From Halarcobacter sp. (GTDB lineage Bacteria; Campylobacterota; Campylobacteria; Campylobacterales; Arcobacteraceae), in NCBI GenBank assembly GCA_963676565.1, contig OY781089.1, positions 32,001-96,000 of the forward strand: DNA of 64,000 bases. The letters are read 5' to 3'. Positions 30,673 through 40,181 of the stretch are shown in pieces (positions within the stretch are counted from its first letter, which is position 1; the number at the start of each line of letters is the position of its first letter). The notes under the pieces were generated by a model. That model was not told the origin of the DNA and made no database searches. It saw nothing but the letters and a program-made list of their open reading frames with translations. A program made the position numbers and the translations under genes.

Positions 30673-32537
30673 TAAAAATATTTTTTCCATTTTTGGATAA
30701 AAGTTTACCACAAAAGGTTCAGGAGAGTTTAGCAGAAGACTATAGAAATGCTGACAAAATCATGCTTATAGTTTCGTTTATAAGCTTTTTACTAGTAGCT
30801 GGCGTAACATCGTATAGTAATGGTACTTATTTTATAGGTCTTGTTGGTGGAGGGATAACATTTGTATCAACTTTTATAGCATATAAAATATTTAGAGGTA
30901 CAGTATTATCTCGTATTATATTTGGTACAGCCTTTGTAATATATCCTGCTATCATGATTTCACAACAACTAGGTATGATTGAGATGCACTTCTTCTTTTT
31001 TGTATATGTTGCTGCATTTGTTGTATATAAAGATATTACTGCAATGATGGCAATGACAGCGGTAACAGGTGTGCATCACCTTTTATTTACCTACTTACAA
31101 CTAAATGGTGTTTCAATTATGGGTAAAGAAATTATACTTATGAGTACTAATTGTAGTTGGTTATTTACATTTATTCATATTTTTGTATTTTTAATAGAAC
31201 TTATAATTTTAATTTATGCAGTTTATACGCTAATTAATCAATTTATTCAAGCTAAGACATTACAATTTGAATCGGCTGAAGCATTTGAAAGATTAGAAGA
31301 AACAACTTTATTGAATAAAAAAATTATTGATGAAACTATTGATGTGGCAAATAGTGTAAATTCTGGTGTTTTAACAGCAAGAGTACAAAGTGATACAAAA
31401 GATGAAAATATAAAAGCATTAAAAGATATTATAAATGATATGATGAATAATCTTGAAAGAAAAATTGCATCTGATTTAAATGAAATTACATCAGTCTTAC
31501 AAGAATTTACAAATAACAACTTCACTTCAAAAATAAATTCAAAAGGTGAACTTGCGCAGAACCTTAATATTCTTGCTGATGTGATTACAAATATGCTTAT
31601 TGAAAATAAAGAAAATGGTTTAACTCTTCAAAGTAGTGCATCAATGCTTTCATCAAATGTAAATAATCTTAATACATCATCAAATACTGCAGCAGCCTCA
31701 TTGGAAGAAACAGCCGCAGCAGTAGAAGAGATAACATCAATTATTAAAACAAATAATGAAAAAGTAAATAGAATGTCTATTTTGGCAAATGATTTAAATA
31801 AATCAGCACGTGATGGAGAAAGTTTAGCAACTAAAACAACTTCAGCTATGGATGATATTGATACACAAGTTCAAGCTATCAATGATGCAATTACTGTTAT
31901 TGATCAAATTGCTTTCCAAACAAATATTCTATCTTTAAATGCAGCAGTTGAAGCAGCAACAGCAGGGGAAGCTGGAAAAGGATTTGCAGTTGTAGCCCAA
32001 GAGGTAAGAAACCTTGCAAGTAGAAGTGCGGAAGCAGCAAAAGAGATTAAAAATTTAGTTGAAAATGCTACAACAAAAGCAAATGAAGGTAAAACAATTG
32101 CTGATAATATGATTAAAGGATATTCTGATTTAAATAGTAAAGTTAGTGAAACAATTGAACTAATTGCAGATGTTGATTCTGCTTCTAAAGAGCAAGAAAC
32201 AGGTATTGTTCAGATTAATGATGCTATTAACTCTTTAGATAAACAAACTCAAGAAAATGCAATGATTGCAAGTGAAACAAATGATATTGCAACTCAAACA
32301 AATCAAATTGCAGAAATTATTCTAACTAGTGCAGATGAAAAAGAGTTTGAAGGTAAAACTTCTGTAAAAGCAAGGGATATAAAAGTTAGTAAAGCCTCAA
32401 CTTCAATATCTACTAAGCCATATGAAGCAACTGCTAAACCAAAAGCAGAGATTAAAAAAGTAGAACCTAAAGCTACAAATTCACAAAAAACAGTAACTGC
32501 AAATAATACTAACGATGATGAGTGGGAAAGCTTTTAA
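30669..32537 (+). CDS. Methyl-accepting chemotaxis protein with multi-TM membrane sensor domain
   Basis: About 6 TM segments; signalling hairpin [38 protein letters not shown]-terminal pentapeptide EWESF. Confidence 0.95.
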   Translation: MIKIFFPFLDKSLPQKVQESLAEDYRNADKIMLIVSFISFLLVAGVTSYSNGTYFIGLVGGGITFVSTFIAYKIFRGTVLSRIIFGTAFVIYPAIMISQQLGMIEMHFFFFVYVAAFVVYKDITAMMAMTAVTGVHHLLFTYLQLNGVSIMGKEIILMSTNCSWLFTFIHIFVFLIELIILIYAVYTLINQFIQAKTLQFESAEAFERLEETTLLNKKIIDETIDVANSVNSGVLTARVQSDTKDENIKALKDIINDMMNNLERKIASDLNEITSVLQEFTNNNFTSKINSKGELAQNLNILADVITNMLIENKENGLTLQSSASMLSSNVNNLNTSSNTAAASLEETAAAVEEITSIIKTNNEKVNRMSILANDLNKSARDGESLATKTTSAMDDIDTQVQAINDAITVIDQIAFQTNILSLNAAVEAATAGEAGKGFAVVAQEVRNLASRSAEAAKEIKNLVENATTKANEGKTIADNMIKGYSDLNSKVSETIELIADVDSASKEQETGIVQINDAINSLDKQTQENAMIASETNDIATQTNQIAEIILTSADEKEFEGKTSVKARDIKVSKASTSISTKPYEATAKPKAEIKKVEPKATNSQKTVTANNTNDDEWESF

Positions 32538-32546
32538 TATAAAAAA

Positions 32547-32569
32547 AGGATAGTTTTAAAAACTATCCT
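32547..32569. terminator. Hairpin between convergent MCP and thioredoxin genes
   Basis: Inverted repeat AGGATAGTTTT / AAAACTATCCT. Confidence 0.55.
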
Positions 32570-32942
32570 CATTATCTAAAACCTTAAGAATATTCTCTTT
32601 TTTTTGATAACCTTGAAATTCATATAAAATAGTTAACTCCCCATCATTTTTTTCAATAACATAAGAAGTGGGAAAATATTTTATAGAAAAAGAATACTTT
32701 TCTAAAAGCTTTTTGAAAATATCACTAGAATCATTCACATAAAACATATATAAATCATCTCTAATCACATCAATCTCTTCAAGTACTCTTTTTTGTTTAG
32801 CACACCAAGGACAGTAATCGGTACTAAATATAAGAAAGGTGTTTTTATCTTCTTTAATTTCATCAAGGGTTTTTAACTCTTTAATTTCTGAAGAGACTAA
32901 AAAGCTTGATAGTACAAAAATTAAAAAAACAATCTTTCCCAT
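32556..32942 (-). CDS. Exported thioredoxin-like protein
   Basis: Signal peptide, CPWC, cis-Pro motif YFPT. Confidence 0.8.
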   Translation of the reverse strand: MGKIVFLIFVLSSFLVSSEIKELKTLDEIKEDKNTFLIFSTDYCPWCAKQKRVLEEIDVIRDDLYMFYVNDSSDIFKKLLEKYSFSIKYFPTSYVIEKNDGELTILYEFQGYQKKENILKVLDNEDSF

Positions 32943-32954
32943 AATCAATCCCTT

Positions 32955-33497
32955 TTATTTTACCAGTTTTGAAATCTCTTTAAATACTGGATTTTTTGCA
33001 TTTACAGTTAACTCAAATAATAATGATTCATAAGTTGTTGGAATCACTCCTGCTTGAATCATTCTTTGTATTGCCATCTCTTTATCTTTTTCTTTTCTTG
33101 AGTTAACACAATCAGTTACAAGAACAGGTTGAAAACCCTCTTCTAATAAATCAAGGGCTGTTTGTAAAACACAAACATGAGTCTCAATACCAGCTAAAAT
33201 AACAATCTTTTTACCTGTGTCTTTTATAGCACAAAGTCCATCTTCATTTCCACAACAAGAAAAACTTGTCTTCTCAAAATGTGGATATTCATCTGTTAAC
33301 TCTTTTAAACTTGCAATTGTTTCACCAATACCTTTTTTATATTGTTCGTTTACAATCATAGGAATTTCATGTAATTGTAAACCTTTTACTAATGTTACTA
33401 AGTTTTTTTCTAACTCTTCATTGTTTTGTATATGAGGAAATAACCTTTCTTGCACATCAACTTGAACAAATACACAATCTTCTGCTTTAATTCTCAT
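32955..33497 (-). CDS. Isochorismatase-like cysteine hydrolase (YcaC-related)
   Basis: VDVQERL, EKTSFSC, GIETHVCV. Confidence 0.88.
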   Translation of the reverse strand: MRIKAEDCVFVQVDVQERLFPHIQNNEELEKNLVTLVKGLQLHEIPMIVNEQYKKGIGETIASLKELTDEYPHFEKTSFSCCGNEDGLCAIKDTGKKIVILAGIETHVCVLQTALDLLEEGFQPVLVTDCVNSRKEKDKEMAIQRMIQAGVIPTTYESLLFELTVNAKNPVFKEISKLVK

Positions 33498-33515
33498 TAA
33501 CTACTCCTAAAAAAT

Positions 33516-33536
33516 AGTCCCTATTTTTTAGGGACT
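33516..33536 (-). terminator. Terminator after hemC
   Basis: Inverted repeat AGTCCCTA / TAGGGACT; T-rich tract on the minus strand. Confidence 0.55.
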
Positions 33537-33583
33537 TTGAATTTATTTTATATTAACAAAACTTCGTAACATTAAACTAGCAT

Positions 33584-34525
33584 TTAATCTTCAAATGCTA
33601 CTTTTTCAGCACGAGCTAATAACTCCTTAGCCCCTTGGTCAATAAATGTTTGAGCTAAATTTTTACCTAAATTTTCAAAGTTTTCAAGATCTGCAACTAT
33701 ATCTTCTTGGATATATTCACTACCATCTGGCATACCAACTATTGCTTTTACATCAATAGAGTTTTCATCTAAAATTGTTGCTTTTACTCCAATTGGAACT
33801 TGACAACCACCCTCTAATGTTCTTACAAAATCTCTTTCAATAGTTGATTCAATATGTGCATTTTTATCATGTAATACAGAAACAATATCAATAATCTCTT
33901 TATTATCTAAAGTTTCAATACCTAAAGTTGCTTGCCCCATAGATGGAATCATATCATCTGTTGAAATAGGTTTGAAATATTTTACCTCATCTTCTATTTG
34001 AAGTTTTTGTAATCCAGTTGCAGCAAGAATAATTGCATCATACTCACCAGCTTTTAATTTTGCAATTCTAGTGTTGATGTTTCCTCTTAAATCTTTTAAA
34101 ACAATATCTGGTCTTAAAAGTTTTAATTCTAATCTTCTTCTTAAACTTGTTGTTCCAACAACTGCACCATTTGGTAAATCATGAAGACCTTCATATTTTT
34201 CACTTAAAAAAGCATCCCTTGGATCAAATCTTTTTGTAACTGCAGCTAATGCAAATCCCTCTTCAAAATTAACAGGAACATCTTTTAAACTATGTACAGC
34301 TATATGAGCTTCTTTTGAAGCAAGTGCAATCTCAAGCTCTTTTGTAAATAATCCCTTACCTCCAATTTTTGCTAAAGGTACATCTAAAATCTTATCAGCT
34401 TTTGTAGAAAATGTTTTTAACTCAATCTCCATATCTGGGTAATGTTTATTTAATTCAGCTTTTATATATTCACTTTGCCATAGTGCTAATTTGCTTTTCC
34501 TTGTTGCAATTATCAATTTTTCCAT
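33584..34525 (-). CDS. hemC: Hydroxymethylbilane synthase
   Basis: ATRKSKLALWQ, GGKGLFTKE, VHSLKD, GTTSLRR, GGCQVP. Confidence 0.97.
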   Translation of the reverse strand: MEKLIIATRKSKLALWQSEYIKAELNKHYPDMEIELKTFSTKADKILDVPLAKIGGKGLFTKELEIALASKEAHIAVHSLKDVPVNFEEGFALAAVTKRFDPRDAFLSEKYEGLHDLPNGAVVGTTSLRRRLELKLLRPDIVLKDLRGNINTRIAKLKAGEYDAIILAATGLQKLQIEDEVKYFKPISTDDMIPSMGQATLGIETLDNKEIIDIVSVLHDKNAHIESTIERDFVRTLEGGCQVPIGVKATILDENSIDVKAIVGMPDGSEYIQEDIVADLENFENLGKNLAQTFIDQGAKELLARAEKVAFED

Positions 34526-34526
34526 T

Positions 34527-35363
34527 CTAATTTCCTAACATTTCATATTTTAATTTTGATTTATCTTGCTCACCATTAACAAAAATAGTTGGTGTTCCTT
34601 GAACCATCACATTATCTCCTTTAGAGATATCAGCTGATAATTCATCTCCAATTTTTTCATTTTTGATATCGTTTATTGTGTATGAAGTATTAAACTCTTT
34701 ATTGAACCCATCAATAACTTTTTGAGCATTTGTCTCTTTTGAATCAAAATATTTATCCCAATCTGCTTCATATACTTTTAATTCAATATCAGTCATCCCA
34801 TCATTTTTTGCGACTACCATAAGAGCTGATAAAGGGGCAGATGCTGGATGAATTCTTAATAATGGGAAATGATAATAATACAATGCAATACTATCTTTAT
34901 GTTTTTTTACATAATTTATTACATCAGGTAAATAATCCATACAAAAAGGGCATAAAGGGTCTGAAAATACAACTAGCTTATCTTTTGCTTTAGGATTTCC
35001 TGCAATTAATTTTTTTTCATCATAATAATCTTTAGTTAATGTTGGATTCATCAAATCTTTTAATGCCATACCTGTTTTTATATCAAAAAGTTCAGGGGCA
35101 ATAATCTCACCATTTGAAAAAACAACATCTTTTGCTTTTATCTCTTTTCCTGCCATTTTTGCATCTAAATCAATGATATATCCATACCAACCTTTTTGTG
35201 GCATCTCTTTTTTAGTATTTATTTTTACACTATTAATCTCTACTCTTTTATTTTTTGAAAATCTTTCTTTCTCAAATTTAAGTACATTATCATCAACAGT
35301 ATCATTTGCTAATAAACTTCCAAACATTAGTGCTGTTGCACCAATAACTGATATTAATTTCAT
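34527..35363 (-). CDS. Periplasmic thiol-disulfide oxidoreductase (DsbA/DsbC-like)
   Basis: Signal peptide, FSDPLCPFC, VQGTPT. Confidence 0.85.
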   Translation of the reverse strand: MKLISVIGATALMFGSLLANDTVDDNVLKFEKERFSKNKRVEINSVKINTKKEMPQKGWYGYIIDLDAKMAGKEIKAKDVVFSNGEIIAPELFDIKTGMALKDLMNPTLTKDYYDEKKLIAGNPKAKDKLVVFSDPLCPFCMDYLPDVINYVKKHKDSIALYYYHFPLLRIHPASAPLSALMVVAKNDGMTDIELKVYEADWDKYFDSKETNAQKVIDGFNKEFNTSYTINDIKNEKIGDELSADISKGDNVMVQGTPTIFVNGEQDKSKLKYEMLGN

Positions 35364-35427
35364 TTATGTCCTTTCATAGTCTTTTCATATCTTAAACCAA
35401 GAATTATATTCTTAACAAACTTAAGAG

Positions 35428-37476
35428 TTAAGTTTTAGTCTTAACAGTGATTTTCTTAATATGAAACAACTCTTTTGTTGTATTTAATTGACTAGAATTT
35501 AGTATATCATTTAACTGTAATTCTTTTTGAGAAGGGCTAGGATTTGCTGTTTTTTGCATATCTGCAACACAACCAGAACCAACTTCTATGTCTTCAATCA
35601 TTGAGCCTGAATCAGTATTTGTTTCTTCCAAAGTATCAGGCTTTTCATTACTTTGGAAGTTATCCTTTTTTGAAACGGGTTCCTCTTTAATAAATTCTAT
35701 TTCAATATTCTCACCAAAAATATCATATATAAAAAGTTTTAATATTCCATAATGTTTTAGTAAAAACTTTCTTTCATCACCTTGTGCATAAGAACTAATT
35801 TCAAGTTTATTATTTGAAAAGTTTTTATAAACAAAATTTTTCTCAAAGGCTTCACCTAACTCATCATCTCTCTCATAAACCTTTGCAATCAATTGTTTAT
35901 ATGCCTTTGTATTTTCATCAACTACTTCATCCCTAGCTTGAGGAATTGGTTCATAAATTGGTTCTTCTACAATTGAGTCTTCATTAATCTCTTGAATTGT
36001 TTCACTAGATATTTCTTGAACTGTTTCATTAGGTATTTCATCAGATATCTTTTGAATTGGTTCTTCAATCACCTCATTTTGTTTTTCTTCTATAGGTGCT
36101 GTGAAGCCTTCATCAAAAGGGTTTGGAAAAGGATTAGTATTTTGTTCAACAACTTCAATTGGTTGAACAGTAGGTATTGCATTTATACTATCTGTTGAAA
36201 TTGTTGTTTCATTTTCGATTTCTACAATCTCTTCAATTTCATTTTCTTCTATTTCTGCTGGAGTTTCTTCATTTAAGGCTTTTTTATTTTCCATAAATGT
36301 TTCATCAACTTTTACTACCACATCATCATAGGCATGGTTAATATCATTATGTGCATGTTCTACAACTTTTTCTTTAGAGATTACATCTTTAATTACAGGT
36401 TTAACCTCAATATCTTGAACTTGATTTATAATCTCATCAATAGTTTTTAAATTTGTTGCTTCAACCATTTTTGATAAAGTTAAAATCAAAACAAATCCAC
36501 CATCTGAATTTATTGCTAATAGATGTTTTGCATCACTTAGTATTCTAAAGAATCTATCAAATAAAAGAATATTAAATTTTGCATCTTTTTCAAGCATTTT
36601 TTGTTTTAAATATATTGTCATCTCATCACAAACTTGTGATATCTCATAGTTTTCTAATTCTTGTACTAATTTAGTGAAATCTTGTTTTCTTAATATAGTG
36701 TCAAAAAGTTCATCCATAAGTTTGGGTTCAATAAGTCCCAACATATCAACAACAGCAGTTGTTGTAATCTTACCCTTTGAAAAGATTATTGCTTGGTCTA
36801 ATAAAGTTAAGGTATCCCTTAAACTTCCTTGTCCTGTTCTTGATAATATCTCTAAAGCATCAGTTTCAAAATCAATATTTTCTTCATTTAAAATATGTGA
36901 TAAATGATGCATAACATCAGAGTTTGCAATTTTATTAAATCTAAAATGTTGAGTTCTACTTAAAATAGTTGCTGGAAGTTTAAGTGGATCTGTTGTTGCA
37001 AGTATAAACTTTACAAACCCTGGAGGTTCTTCTAAAGTTTTAAGTAAGGCATTAAATGCTTGAGTTGTAAGCATATGAACCTCATCGATTATAAAGACTT
37101 TAAATCGGGCACTACTTGGTTTATATTTCGTATGTTCAATTAAATCTTTAATATCATCAATACCCCTATTTGATGCGGCATCCATCTCTATAATATCAAG
37201 GTGTTTGTTTGTATTTGCACTTTGACAATTTTCACACACTTCACAAGGTCTTGATGTAGGTCCATTTGAACACAATAGTGCCTTTGCCATAATTCTAGCA
37301 GTAGAGGTTTTACCACTTCCCCTTAGTCCACTAAAAAGATAGGCATGGGATAATCTACTTGAATCTAAAGCTAAAGACAAAGTTTGAGAGATTGTTGTTT
37401 GTCCAACTAAGTCTTCAAATCTTTTTGGTCTATATTTTAATGCTAACACCCTATTCTCTACAATTTTTTCATCCAT
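35428..37476 (-). CDS. dnaX: DNA polymerase III subunit gamma/tau
   Basis: LALKYRP, Walker A GLRGSGKT, Zn cysteines, DEVHML; long acidic linker. Confidence 0.96.
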   Translation of the reverse strand: MDEKIVENRVLALKYRPKRFEDLVGQTTISQTLSLALDSSRLSHAYLFSGLRGSGKTSTARIMAKALLCSNGPTSRPCEVCENCQSANTNKHLDIIEMDAASNRGIDDIKDLIEHTKYKPSSARFKVFIIDEVHMLTTQAFNALLKTLEEPPGFVKFILATTDPLKLPATILSRTQHFRFNKIANSDVMHHLSHILNEENIDFETDALEILSRTGQGSLRDTLTLLDQAIIFSKGKITTTAVVDMLGLIEPKLMDELFDTILRKQDFTKLVQELENYEISQVCDEMTIYLKQKMLEKDAKFNILLFDRFFRILSDAKHLLAINSDGGFVLILTLSKMVEATNLKTIDEIINQVQDIEVKPVIKDVISKEKVVEHAHNDINHAYDDVVVKVDETFMENKKALNEETPAEIEENEIEEIVEIENETTISTDSINAIPTVQPIEVVEQNTNPFPNPFDEGFTAPIEEKQNEVIEEPIQKISDEIPNETVQEISSETIQEINEDSIVEEPIYEPIPQARDEVVDENTKAYKQLIAKVYERDDELGEAFEKNFVYKNFSNNKLEISSYAQGDERKFLLKHYGILKLFIYDIFGENIEIEFIKEEPVSKKDNFQSNEKPDTLEETNTDSGSMIEDIEVGSGCVADMQKTANPSPSQKELQLNDILNSSQLNTTKELFHIKKITVKTKT
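35625..35686 (-). other. Programmed -1 ribosomal frameshift cassette in dnaX
   Basis: GAGG (35685-82), 10 nt, in-frame A AAA AAG (35671-65), 5 nt, 11-bp stem CTTCCAAAGTA/TACTTTGGAAG; the -1 frame reads AAA AAA GGA TAA. Confidence 0.75.
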
Positions 37477-38266
37477 TAATATCCCTTACTTTTATCTTTC
37501 CACCAATTGTATATTTATCTAATATTAAATTAACCATATTTAAATTTATATCTTTTGTATAATAAAGTTTGATATCTAAATCCCCTTTATTAATATGTCC
37601 CTTTTTAGAGCTTAAATCTTCAAGCCTTTTTGCTATTGCAAAACCAGTCTCGATTAAATTAATATCTTTACCCATATAATCTTTTATAATATCTGCAACT
37701 AATGGGTAGTGAGTACAACCTAAAACAATTGTATCAACACCATTTTTTTTCATAGGCTCTAACCAGTTTTTTAACATTTCATGTGTTTTACTATCTTCAA
37801 TCATTCCATTTTCAATTTTCTCAACTAAACCTGGACATGCTTGTTCAAATAATCTTATCTCTTTTAAAATAGCTAAATCATTAAGCAAACTTTGGTATTT
37901 TTGCCCCTTTAATGTAGCACTTGTCGCTAGAACTCCTACACTATTACTTCTTGTAATATTAATTGCAGGTTTGATACCAGGTTCAGTTCCAATAACTATT
38001 AAATCTTTAAACTTCATTCTAAGTTCTTTTACAGCAGCTGATGTAGCTGTATTACATGCAATAATTAAAGCTTCAATGTTATGATTTTTTATCAAATATT
38101 TAGTAATAGATAAAGAGTGTTTTAAAATCTCTTCTTTACTCTTTTCTCCATAGGGAGCATATTCAGTATCAGCTATATAAAAAATTTCAGCCCCTTTAAA
38201 TAGCTTTGAAATCTCTTTTACAACTGTTAAACCACCAAGACCTGAATCAAAAATCCCAACTTTCAA
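37469..38266 (-). CDS. murI: Glutamate racemase
   Basis: FDSGLGG, ACNTA, GCTHY. Confidence 0.96.
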   Translation of the reverse strand: MKVGIFDSGLGGLTVVKEISKLFKGAEIFYIADTEYAPYGEKSKEEILKHSLSITKYLIKNHNIEALIIACNTATSAAVKELRMKFKDLIVIGTEPGIKPAINITRSNSVGVLATSATLKGQKYQSLLNDLAILKEIRLFEQACPGLVEKIENGMIEDSKTHEMLKNWLEPMKKNGVDTIVLGCTHYPLVADIIKDYMGKDINLIETGFAIAKRLEDLSSKKGHINKGDLDIKLYYTKDINLNMVNLILDKYTIGGKIKVRDING

Positions 38267-38465
38267 TAAATACCTTTAAAAGTTCCTACTTTTAAAGGAA
38301 CCATATATTTATGACTACTTTTTAGCAAGATTTATAAAAAACTTTAAAAGTAGCAAAATCCTAAAGAGTACAACTAATTGTACTTAAAATAAATTAATGA
38401 GGATTATATCAAAAAAGTTATAACTAATTTGTTAAAATAAAATATATAAATTGCTAAGGAGCTTT

Positions 38466-39128
38466 ATGTTTTTTCATTTCCATCCATATAAACCTTTTTT
38501 AAATAAAGATACAAAAACTATAATAATGGGAACCCTACCACCACCTAGATTTTGTATAGAAGAATATATAAAAGAGGATGTACTTTTTTGTTATGGTTCA
38601 AAGGATAATCTTCTGTGGAAAGTTCTTAATAAAATCTATAATCTAAATTTACTTTTTGATAATTCACAAGAAGCAATAGAACAAAGAAAATCATTTTTAG
38701 TAAAAAATAAAATTGGTATTTGTGATATAGTAGAATCTTGCCAAAGGGGAAAAATTGATGCAAGTGATATTGGTATGAAAGATATTAAATTAAGAGATAT
38801 ACTCTATTATTTGGACAAATATAACAAGATTTCAACTATTATCTTTACTGGTGGGCTTTGTAAAAATTCACCTGAATATTTTTTAAGAAAAATTCTAAAA
38901 GAGCAAAATATTATGTTTGAAAATATCTCAAATGAAATTCCTAAAACCCACCAATTTTTATTTAACAAAAGAATAATAAAAACCATAAGTCTAAGTTCTC
39001 CATCTAATGCTGCAAATAGAAGTATCGGTGCAAATAAAAATTTTAAAAAAAATAAAAAACTTAATAAAAACTATACCACCTTTGATTTTAGGGTATCTCA
39101 ATATAAAGATGTATTTAAACTAGTATAA
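38466..39128 (+). CDS. Uracil-DNA glycosylase superfamily protein (mismatch/hypoxanthine-specific-like)
   Basis: HPYKP..IMGTLPP, FCYGSKDNLLW, SPSNAA; SD AAGGAG before ATG 38466. Confidence 0.75.
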   Translation: MFFHFHPYKPFLNKDTKTIIMGTLPPPRFCIEEYIKEDVLFCYGSKDNLLWKVLNKIYNLNLLFDNSQEAIEQRKSFLVKNKIGICDIVESCQRGKIDASDIGMKDIKLRDILYYLDKYNKISTIIFTGGLCKNSPEYFLRKILKEQNIMFENISNEIPKTHQFLFNKRIIKTISLSSPSNAANRSIGANKNFKKNKKLNKNYTTFDFRVSQYKDVFKLV

Positions 39129-39212
39129 AAATTTAAATTTTATTTAAGTATAACTTTAAATTTATTTTATTATAATTTTGAATGATTATTCATTTACATT
39201 TAGGAGAGAGAA

Positions 39213-39308
39213 ATGTTTATACAAGAAACACTATTATTCGTGGTATTTGGATTAGCCGCTTTTACTGCAGCTTCGTGGTTTATAACTTTTTTTGTGAAAG
39301 AAAATTGA
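39213..39308 (+). CDS. 31-aa single-TM peptide MFIQETLLFVVFGLAAFTAASWFITFFVKEN (not in ORF track)
   Basis: SD AGGAG upstream; TATAAT at 39171-76; hairpin downstream. Confidence 0.65.
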   Translation: MFIQETLLFVVFGLAAFTAASWFITFFVKEN

Positions 39309-39314
39309 TTTTTA

Positions 39315-39345
39315 AGAGCCATTTGAAAAGATTCAAAATGGCTCT
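39315..39345. terminator. Bidirectional hairpin
   Basis: Inverted repeat AGAGCCATTTGAA / TTCAAAATGGCTCT. Confidence 0.65.
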
Positions 39346-39350
39346 ATAAT

Positions 39351-40172
39351 TTAAAATGCTTCTACAATAGCACCATTATATTTTTCAAGGATGAATTTTT
39401 TAATCTCATCTGAGTTTAATACTTCATCTAATGCTTTGATATATTCCTTATTTTCATTACCAGCTTTTACTGCAACAATATTTGCATATGGAGAATCTTT
39501 TGATTCAATAACTAAGGCATCTTTTAAGGGATTTAAATTAGCAGCTAATGCATAATTTGTATTGATAATTGCTGCGTCAATTTCATCGATAACTCTTGGT
39601 AATTGAGGAGCATCTAATTCTTCAATTTTTAAATTCTTCGGATTTTCTATAATATCAAGTGCAGTTTTAAATTCTACATCTTTGAATTTTAATAAACCTT
39701 GTTTAACTAAGATATCTAATGCTCTACTTCCATTTGTTGGGTCATTTGGAACAGCAATTGTTGCACCATCTTTTAATTCACTAATATTTTTGATTTTCTT
39801 TGAATATAATCCCATTGGTTCTAAATGAACATTTACTGTTTTTACTATATTTGTATTTTTGTTTTTATTAAACTCTTCTAAATATGGTAAATGTTGGAAA
39901 AAGTTAGCATCTAATTCACCCTCATCAACAGCAATATTTGGAGTAACATAATCTGTAAACTCAACAATCTCTAAATCATAACCTTTCTGCTTTAATAAAG
40001 GTTTTGCAGCTTCTAAAATTTCTGCGTGAGGAACTGGTGTAGCTCCAACTTTAATTACAGTTTTTTTCTCTTCAACTTTAACATTTTCTTTTTTCTCTTC
40101 ACTGCCTGTACAAGCAGTTAAACCTAAAGCAACTGCCCCTGCAATTGCAAACTTTAAAATATTTTTTATCAT
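39351..40172 (-). CDS. metQ: Methionine ABC transporter lipoprotein
   Basis: Lipobox LTAC; GATPVPHAEIL, DANFFQH, VPNDPTN. Confidence 0.93.
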   Translation of the reverse strand: MIKNILKFAIAGAVALGLTACTGSEEKKENVKVEEKKTVIKVGATPVPHAEILEAAKPLLKQKGYDLEIVEFTDYVTPNIAVDEGELDANFFQHLPYLEEFNKNKNTNIVKTVNVHLEPMGLYSKKIKNISELKDGATIAVPNDPTNGSRALDILVKQGLLKFKDVEFKTALDIIENPKNLKIEELDAPQLPRVIDEIDAAIINTNYALAANLNPLKDALVIESKDSPYANIVAVKAGNENKEYIKALDEVLNSDEIKKFILEKYNGAIVEAF

Positions 40173-40181
40173 GTATATCCT

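Noticed and set aside
35960..36270. Imperfect EIxE/ETxQEI repeats in the DnaX acidic linker as an intein or repeat element
   Set aside because: Low-complexity linkers are common in tau, and there are no intein splice motifs.
38263..38304. 13-codon uORF (MVPLKVGTFKGIY) whose TGA overlaps the murI TTG start
   Set aside because: It has no SD. It is noted only as a possible part of the leader mechanism and not called as a gene.
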